Origin: the human T2T-CHM13v2.0 reference genome, Homo sapiens
Direction: 5' to 3' (one strand)
Length of the DNA stretch: 64,000 nucleotides
Assembly: GCF_009914755.1 (NCBI RefSeq)
Contig: NC_060931.1
Shown: positions 55,421 through 64,000 of the stretch, in pieces
Position numbering within the stretch: the first letter of the stretch is position 1
Layout: each line of letters starts with the position of its first letter
Translations under genes and position numbers: made by a program
Notes under the pieces: model-generated
The model's database searches: none
Seen by the model: only the letters and a program-made list of their open reading frames with translations
Told to the model about the DNA's origin: nothing

Positions 55421-56020
55421 CCATGTTTTCCCCTTATCTACAGGGTATACATTCTAAGACTCTCAGTAGATGCCTGAAACTGCAGATAGTACAGAACCGT
55501 GTATATAAGTATATATATGGTTTTCCCTTACATATGTACATACCTATGATAAAGTTTAAATTAGAAATTAGGTACAGTAAATAATAACAATAACTAATAA
55601 TAAAATAGAACAATTATCACATATACTGTAATAAAAGTTACGTGAATGTGGTGTTTATCTCTCCCAAAATATTTTCTTGTACTGTAGTCACCCTACTTCT
55701 TGGGATGAAACAAGATGATATGAAGCTTACAGGATGAGACAAAGTGAAGTGAATAGGCACTGTGAATGTAGCATTAGGCTACGAGTGACCTAAGTGGCAG
55801 GTAGCATATTCAACGTGGATTCCCTGGACAAAGGGATGATTCAAGACCTGGGTGGGGAGGTCCAGGGACGGTCCAAGATTTCATCATGCTACTAGAACAG
55901 TGTGCAATTTAAAACATATAAATTGTTTATTTCTGGAATATTTGATTAATATTTCAGACTATGGTTGACTGCAGTAACTGAAACCGTGGAAAGCACAACC
56001 ACAGATAAAGGGGACTACTG
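55421..56020. mobile_element. MER44/Tigger7 DNA transposon
   Basis: ccccttatct.cagggtatacattc.aagac...gataaaggggactactg|TA. Confidence 0.85.
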
Positions 56021-56114
56021 TAATATTAAGCATTCTACATTTCTGGACTTATCCAGCATGTAAACTTCTCACATATAAAAAAGTCATCATAAAATACCAT
56101 GGCTATCATGGTAT

Positions 56115-56117
<3 letters not shown>

Positions 56118-56155
<38 letters not shown>
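56118..56155. repeat. (CA)n microsatellite
   Basis: About 19 units, read directly. Confidence 0.95.
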
Positions 56156-56158
<3 letters not shown>

Positions 56159-59100
56159 TGTACACATCATAGCAATTAAACTGAAATGTGATGTTAATCA
56201 TATGCCATATCCAATATAAAATCTATAATTACATGTATGGCCAAAATGCTCCACGTTATTTTGGCACCGATGTATTAGCTTCAATGTTTCAAGCTCTTTG
56301 AAGGTTTAAAATATATGAAAATGCTCTGCATATGAAATTCTTTTAAAGGCCCCCTTGTTCAGGAAAGTACATAATCAAAATATATTGTCTTATGGAAGTA
56401 TTCCTTAAAAGAGTATATTTTCTATGATATTAACTTAGTAGTCAAGTATTAGTATTAGTTCATTTCTTATCTAGCATTTTATCTTTTATATTCATATAGT
56501 ATTTTAATTTTAGAATTTTATAAAATGAGATTTTAGATGCCTAACAAAATGTATAAGCATCTTGAGACAATCTACACTTAGTGATTCAAACGGGACACTT
56601 TTTTCTGTATTGTGCTAATCTTAATTTGTGACCCTACCCACCAAAAGAAATAAAAAGCAGTCTTTGCAAATATAAGAATACAAATTTAGCCTACCATTTT
56701 TCATCTTTTCAAATAAGCAGTATTTATGGGTTAACCACACTTATGGCTTAATATGGCATTCACTTATTAAGAATGATAACCACCTTAAATTAGTCTCACA
56801 AACAAAATATTATGGGACACCTTGTATTGCAATGTTTTGCCAGGCAAAAACATCACTCATTCTCTGACATCAAATATGCAAAGTGAGTAGAAGGTTGAAA
56901 GCGCCTATGACTTTTTAAAGGTATTCAAAATTACACATTTGTAAAACACTGCTTTGCTTCCATGATTTAGTTAAATCATTTTATGTATTTCAAATTGTAT
57001 GTCTTTGTTTCACTCTAACGTGAAATTTAAAAAAATACATACACTTGACCAGTATCTAGTCCTACTAATATATACAATCCACGTGGATCTGCATGTTATA
57101 TGGCTTCATGATAAAACAGTAAACTATCTTCACAAGATTAGTAATACTATTTTTTAAATGTCTTCAAGAAAGACAAAGGTTTAATAGGCTAAATTTGATA
57201 GTATTGTTGATATCCAGCAGAATCAAATTATTTATTTTCTGTTGCTTAAATGAAAAGTACAAATATATTCCTATTGTATTTCAAGTTGACCCATGATTCT
57301 CTAGATGTAGTCCCCACTAATCAGTGGCACCACTGAATTCAGAGACAAATCCTTCCTGATACACACAATGGAAAATACTTTAATAAGTGAACACATAAGA
57401 ATCTATAATACTATTGCACAAAGAGAATAATGGTCAACAAATGGCTCTTTTAAAATGCATTATTTGTCACTAAATACACTGCCATTATAACAAGAAACCT
57501 TTTGTGCTTTAAAAGGGTATGTTTCTCAGTAAAATATTTATGCTTTTAGAAATTACCAGACTATATAGCCCCTGCACAACAATTTCACTGTTATTACACA
57601 AAATTGTAAATTATTTCTTTTTAAATTATTAATGCAATTGAAAAAAGAAGTTTTCAGGCTTATAGTCTTTTGAAAGGACAGCAAAATAGACGAAACAAAA
57701 CCAAGATGACAATTTCAGCATTTAAAATCTACACATGATAATTCAAACAAATGTTATGACATTTAAGATAATGAAACCCTTCATTTATTCTACTATCTGG
57801 TATGAGTTTTATTTCACATATAAGGAGTCAGAACAGATGTCCAAATATTGTAATGCCAAAAGAAAGTTAGGGCATATCTTGATTAATACCCTCAGAGCTG
57901 CCTGTAGTGTCTCTTTAAAACTGGCATGGTTTACTTCAAAACAACTATTCAAAATCCATTCTAGGAAGCCTAGCTAGACAAAGATTCCCAAGACAAAACG
58001 AAAACAATAAAGCTTAGTATAACCCTTTTAGCAATGTGAGTTGCGTATTATTGACAGAACATTCATTGCAATCAGTAAATGATTAATTGGAAATTTGTTG
58101 CTAAATTGACCACACAAAAAAAAGAGAGAAGCTTCAGGCTACTGTTAAAGAGGAAAAACTTATGTTAAAAATTATTGGAGGCTTCTTGTAGTGAATTAAT
58201 TCTAATCAATATACTTTTTGACTACACAGTGGAATAATGACTTCCTTAAATATCAGAGGTACCCATTATTGTAGACATTCAAATTAATAATTAACATACT
58301 GACTTGCATTTTTAAAAAATTTACGGAAGTAGCTTTTTCTTTTGCCTTACCTTTAACAAATAAATAGTTCATGTTTCATCAAACATGTGCATAAGATTTG
58401 TTTTTGAATTTCAAATGTAGATTGTAGAAGTAATGCCCATATGGTCAAACTTATAATAATTGCCTGAAGCAATTTGTTCTTGGGTTTTTATGAAGATAAA
58501 CCTCAGTGGCATATTAAAAATATAAAAGTTTAAAAGGTGGTAAGATAGATGGATGGGTATTTGTTTCTCAGTTACAAATGGCTATGCTTTACAAAAATGG
58601 TGCCTTTTGGGTTCTTTTATTCATATCAGAATGATCAAGCAAAAATGAGTGGTATAAGGGTACAATATAATATTTTGCACAAAAGCAACATTTTCATCAA
58701 AATAACCTGCAAAGTCATTTTCAGAATATTTATTGAGCACCTATTGTATGCCAAACACTGTGCTAGGTTCTGAAAAGACAAAAATTAAATAAAACATAGA
58801 ACTTCTGTTAGGCAAATAATATTTGTAAATCTCTTCTTCCCTTAACTACTCATTTTTCTTTGAAACTTATTGGAAATGCATCAGTGACAAAGAGGCAGAA
58901 ACATTATTCTAAAGTTTTTGAAAACAGAAGCAATAACTTTTGCTACAAAGATGAAAACAGAGGATAAATAAAGCTGCTTCAGATATTTATAATAATTTGA
59001 TGACTAAAAAATTATGTCAGTGATTATGTAGTCCTATTTCTAGGTAAGGTATCCAAAGTCACTACAGCTAATAAGGATATATTTCTAAAAATTATGTGAG

Positions 59101-59159
59101 GGTGCTTCAAGGTCTATATTGAAGGAGGTGGGGAAGTGGTAAGAAAAGTGCACATCTTT

Positions 59160-59570
59160 AAAATGTGGTATAATATATACAATGGAATACTACTCAGCCA
59201 TAAACAAATGAAATAATGTCTTTTGCAGCAACTTGGATGGAACTGCAGGCCACTATTCTAAGTGAAGTAACTCAGAAATCAAAAACCAAATACGCATGTT
59301 CTTATTTATAAGTGGGAGGTAAGCTATGGGTACACAAAGGCATACAGAGTAGTATATTGGACATTGGAGACTCAGAAGCGGGGAGAAAGAAAGGGGGAAA
59401 AGGAATGAAAAAATGCCTGTTGCATATGATGTAAACTATTAGGGTGATGGGTGCACTAAAATCCTAGACTTCACCACTGTACAATTCACCCACATAACGA
59501 AAAACTACTTGTACTTCTAAAGAGATTAAAATAAAAATTTTAAAATAAAACATAAGAAATGTTTTAAAAA
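59160..59570 (+). mobile_element. 5'-truncated L1PB (L1PB4-like) 3' end
   Basis: 19-bp TSD aagaaaagtg(c/a)acatcttt at 59141-59159 and 59571-59589; L1PB 3'UTR motifs. Confidence 0.9.
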
Positions 59571-61779
59571 AAGAAAAGTGAACATCTTTGGTTTCTACAG
59601 TAGCCCTCTATATTGAGACTGTGTTATACTTTTGGGATGACTTTACAAAGAACTATGAAGTCCATCCCCCCATATCATAAGATGCCTTCCTTAGCTCTAT
59701 GTTCCTAGGCTCTCCTAATGGTATTAAACAATCATGTCCCTATATTCCTCAGTGTGCTTTCAGCCAGGCATAAATGACCATAAATAGCCTCTGCTGCATA
59801 ATCCAGAGCACCAAATGGCCTGGAGCTAGCAGACAAGAATTCGAACTTTGCTGCATCACCCCAAATAACAATAATTCACTAAGTTATTGAATGTTGTATG
59901 TTATTATGCAGAGAGTGAACAAACTGACATTCAGCAATGCTAGATAATTTGTGCAATACTGCAAAACCAATAGGTGGGTTCAGCTGGTATTTGAACACAG
60001 CTCAATTGCTTCCTTCTGTTCTAGGAGATGGCTTGTTATCTTATTTCCACAATACCCACTGAATATTGAAAAAAATTCCTTTATATAACCAAGTGACACT
60101 CATGGAAGGACAGCTCATTTTCTAGCACTCAAAGCATACGTTTTGTTGTACATTTAACTTTATTGACACAAAGATGCATTTAATATATTCTTATTTATGG
60201 ATTATGTTCCATTTTTGAGTTAGATTCTTAACTGTTATAATACATGGGGAATATCCATGCTTTATTGTATCTGAGAGTTTTAAGTATAGAAATATTTTTC
60301 ACTTAAAAAGGTATGTAATTTATATCTATTTCTGCTTAATTTGTGAAAACAATCTTTTAAAGCAAACAATAATTGTCCTAGTGAAGCAAATTTGCCACCT
60401 TACACATTCTCCTTAATAGCATTTGTTGATTTGTTGAAGATGCTTACCTTGCTCAAATCTGTTTAAATCTCATTAAAATATATTCACAAACAAGTGCTCC
60501 ATTTTTAAAATTGCTCTGCTAAGGATACATTAATACAGTCAACTTAATTAACACAAAGTATTATACAATCATAATGATACAAATTTAAAAGGAAAATGGA
60601 ATAGGTAAAAAGTCATCAAATTTTAAAAACTTGAGTGATCTGTAGAAAGTCAAGACCAGAGATTCAGAGAATAAAATAACCTGTCTAAATGTTAATGCTG
60701 AACAGGAGTAGAACTAAAGTGTTCTGAATTAAAATGCAGGCATCCTTTTCGATTTTATGATTAATCATCAGAATTAAAGTCAATTGAAGGTAATTTTGGG
60801 GAATTGCTAATTTAGTTGATTTTTTTGCCTTGAAGTTTACAGCATTCTGTCAAAGCATGCTATAATGTATCCAGTAGTAGTAGTACACTTTTTGTTAGGA
60901 AGGAAAAGAGAATCCAACTAATTTGTATTTTGCAATGAGTAAATATTAATTCCAACAGAATAACAATGTCAAAATTACCAATTACCTTATACAGCAATAT
61001 AGTTTATTTACTTGCGGTAAGTTTACCAATTGCTCACATAAGGGAAATAGATTATATTTGGTAAGGAAGGTCAAGAGAGAGGAATCACTTGGAGATGGGC
61101 TGGAAACTGGGTTTTGAGGATGAAGAAAAGACATTGTGTGTAAACATGAAGGATTTTGAAAGTATGAAGGTAAAGAGTTTTAATTTCATTTCATTGGGAA
61201 GTTTAGTCCTCTGAATTAAAAATTCTTGAACAGAGGTAGAGAAAAGGTGTTTCTTAGAGATGGGCATCATTCTAAAAAGATAACTCTGTGGTTCGGTTTT
61301 TGAGTTATTATTATTATTTTATAAATGATAAATTTTGCACTGGTTGCTTGAGTAGTAAAATGTAGCAAATAGTCCCAAACTTCTATATGTTTAAAATTAT
61401 TTTCTGCCCCTTTTACTGCTTTTTGCCCAGAAAGATAACTAAGTTTGTTCTGGGCTGGTATCTAGGAGTTAATATCATTTATTATTATTGCTTGAGGCTG
61501 AGACTTAACAACTTTGGCAGGAAGCAAGTCTTCATTTGATTTGAAAAATATGGTTAATTTTGCAGTATGTTTTGCTCATTCAGAATAATTCTTCAAAAGA
61601 AATATGGGTGAGTATTTGCTAGCATGATCCACAAAAACATTATTGGCTATCACCCCCGAAAGATTAGTTTTGGTTTGATTTCTCTCCCTTCTGGCTTAAG
61701 TCTTCTTGAATACCAAAAGTTAGAAGGAAGACATGGCAGATCAGTGATAGATTATCATAATCATAAAATCACAAAGGTG

Positions 61780-61920
61780 GAGCCTCACAGATCATCTTGT
61801 TTGAAAATTCTTTTTACAAGCAAGGAAACTGAGGCAACACCTTAAATGGAATGATTTACAAATAATGAGCTGGTGGCAGAGCTATGGCTCATGATTCCTA
61901 GTACATAACCTTTATACTAC
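61780..61920 (-). mobile_element. MIR-like fragment
   Basis: tttttacaagcaaggaaactgaggc...gagctggtggcagagct. Confidence 0.6.
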
Positions 61921-62849
61921 ATAAACTAACGTTAATATCAAGTAGTGGAGAAATCAAATATTCTTCTGAAACGTAAATGACAGAAATTGCTCAAAGCATA
62001 GCCTAGTGTAGTAAGATAAAGGAAAGAATGATTAAATATTTTCCAAATGTGGAAACAAAAAACATAAGAACTGTCATAGTGAATCAGACCCGTGGCTCAT
62101 CCCAGCGTTTTCTTTTAGGCATTGGCTTTGAGAAGAGAATACATTTCTTTTCCCACAGGTCAACTTCAAATGTTAGAAATTCAAATAAGTTGAACCAGGA
62201 CTACTATAACCTAAACAGGTTATTTTCCCTTGTGGAGTTAATATTCACAAATTCGTTCTGGCCTTTTTCAATACTTTACATATTTTTATGTTCCCTAATT
62301 TTATATGCTCCATAACATTTTAAAACTTTTAAATATTTTATTTGCTGTAAATCCATGCTAACTTTTAAAAATAAAACAATATCCTCCTTTTCTCGTAGTC
62401 TAAATTTTATTAACATCTTTGCCCTTTAACTGTATTGATCCAGACTATAAGTTTTCTTAAACTTCACCTTTTTGATAAAAGAACAAAGTGTTTTCAAATT
62501 ATTTTTATTGATCAGCCTTTTAAATAAAATTATTTTACCTTTATCAGCATTTAAAAATAGGTATTTTTTATTATGAATTTGTTTATTCATTGAACCCTTA
62601 TTCTATGTTTAGTACTGGAGTAAGGGTTTAAGATAAGAAAATGAACCAAACTAAAAAGTTTCTTTATTTTTTTTTTTGCTATCATCTTTCCTAAAATAGT
62701 ACAATCAAGAGTACAAGTTTATTTCAAGTAGCATTTCCATATATTTGGTAAAAATCTTTCTACCTCCATGTTTTTAATTTCACTATTATTATTAACCATA
62801 AAAAATAAAAAGTAAATAATACCTACAGGTATTACTCCTACAGGTAAGC

Positions 62850-64000
62850 AGTCTCGTGGTGTTTTAAGCATGGTGCCTGGTAGTTGGGTGTGAAATTGGA
62901 TTCGGTACTAGGTGATTGATAGAAGCTCAAAGGACCTTATGGAGTCTACTGGTGAAGATTTGAAGGACAGTGAGAAAAGTGTTATCGAGGGCTAGAAGAA
63001 ACAGGACAACTGTTGTATAGCGGTGAAATATTTAGCAACATTCTTGCTTCTTTTTACATGAAAAATATAAAAGATATCTATAAATATGACAACGGCTGTA
63101 AACATTTCTAGGCAAAATGTAGAAAAGTGTTCAGACATATTCTAGCTGCATATAATAATAAACGGGACAAGAATAAAGGAATTTAAAGTTTTAAGGCAAA
63201 ATTTACAGAAAATATTAATAAGCTTGATGAGTTTGAGGATAAAACTATTTCTCATCCTGAGATACTCCCAGAAAAAATATTCTCAAGATAAGAATTGGCT
63301 TCAGGGAAAAAATCAAATCCAGTGTACTACCAATAACATGGTGGGATCTAGGGTTATAGGAATCACAAGGTTGTGACTGTATGATTTTTGTTAAAACCTT
63401 AAAAATATTTAAGGGCCTGCCCAGGAAGGCTTCTAGAACTCTTAAGAGAATGCTTTATAGACGGATTCAATTAATAGGGATCTTCTTAAGGACAGTGTCC
63501 CAAAGTAGCATCTCAAGTTAAAGAAATATCATCAGGAGGAGGTATATGGTTATGGCTTTTGTCTGATTGAGCAGACTTATAATTTAATACATAAGAAACA
63601 TACAAAGTTTTTAAAGGAATGCTTATAGTTTGGCTAAAAGTGATAGAAACAGTACAAAATGAAAAGAGGTTGTTGAACCTCCAACCTACTGTGAGAAGGC
63701 AGCAGGTGGAGAAACTTGCTTAATGAAAAACACAAATATGTGTCTCTGGAAAAGAGGTAATGACTCAAACAGAAGAATCAAGAGCTCAGAGAATCATCTC
63801 CAGGAAGCTGAACTGAGTTAAAAACAAGAAACTGGCAATACGTGTTCTGCTGGATTTCATAATTGCTATGAACAAATGACTGCTGTGTATTTTGTGTTTC
63901 CTTACTTTTCGAATGGGAGTGTCTATTGCCGTTATCCTATGTCATTTTATGTTGGATGTATATATGGGGTGCAGATAATTTGTTTCTTTAGTTAATAGGT
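62850..64000 (+). mobile_element. MLT1-type MaLR internal sequence running off the window
   Basis: gaaggacagtgagaaaagtgttatcgagggctagaagaaa; 3' part gaatgggagtgtctattg...gcagataatttgtttctttag, similar to 45460-45560. Confidence 0.6.

Noticed and set aside
58340-60460. Strong minus-strand donor-like words (AAG|GTAAGG near 58350, AAG|GTAAGC near 60447; also near 28348)
   Set aside because: No DGK-like reading frame or well-matched acceptor. Such words are expected by chance in 64 kb.

Overview
Primate (human-like) AT-rich genomic DNA, roughly half interspersed repeats: Alu, L1, L2/MIR, ERV/MaLR LTRs and Tigger/hAT relics. The only host coding sequence I can support is one 65-nt minus-strand exon at 40376-40440 encoding [21 protein letters not shown](R). 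It matches the diacylglycerol kinase beta (DGKB) accessory domain and is missed by the ORF track. The window is therefore one small DGKB exon between two very large introns, transcribed right to left. The long ORFs in the track are L1/THE1 remnants or translations of a 2-kb TA/TG/CA minisatellite. I see no convincing new multi-gene system. The most notable local features are: (1) an AluSc carrying a captured polyadenylated non-Alu 3' end inside one TSD; (2) an internally deleted L1PA7-like element with an open ORF0-like frame facing DGKB's sense direction, next to a near-consensus CTCF site; (3) a layered purine-pyrimidine VNTR; (4) a sense-oriented ERVK-type solo LTR with a triplicated ~43-bp U3 segment. 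Repeat subfamily names come from memory of consensus sequences, and boundaries of old repeats are approximate.
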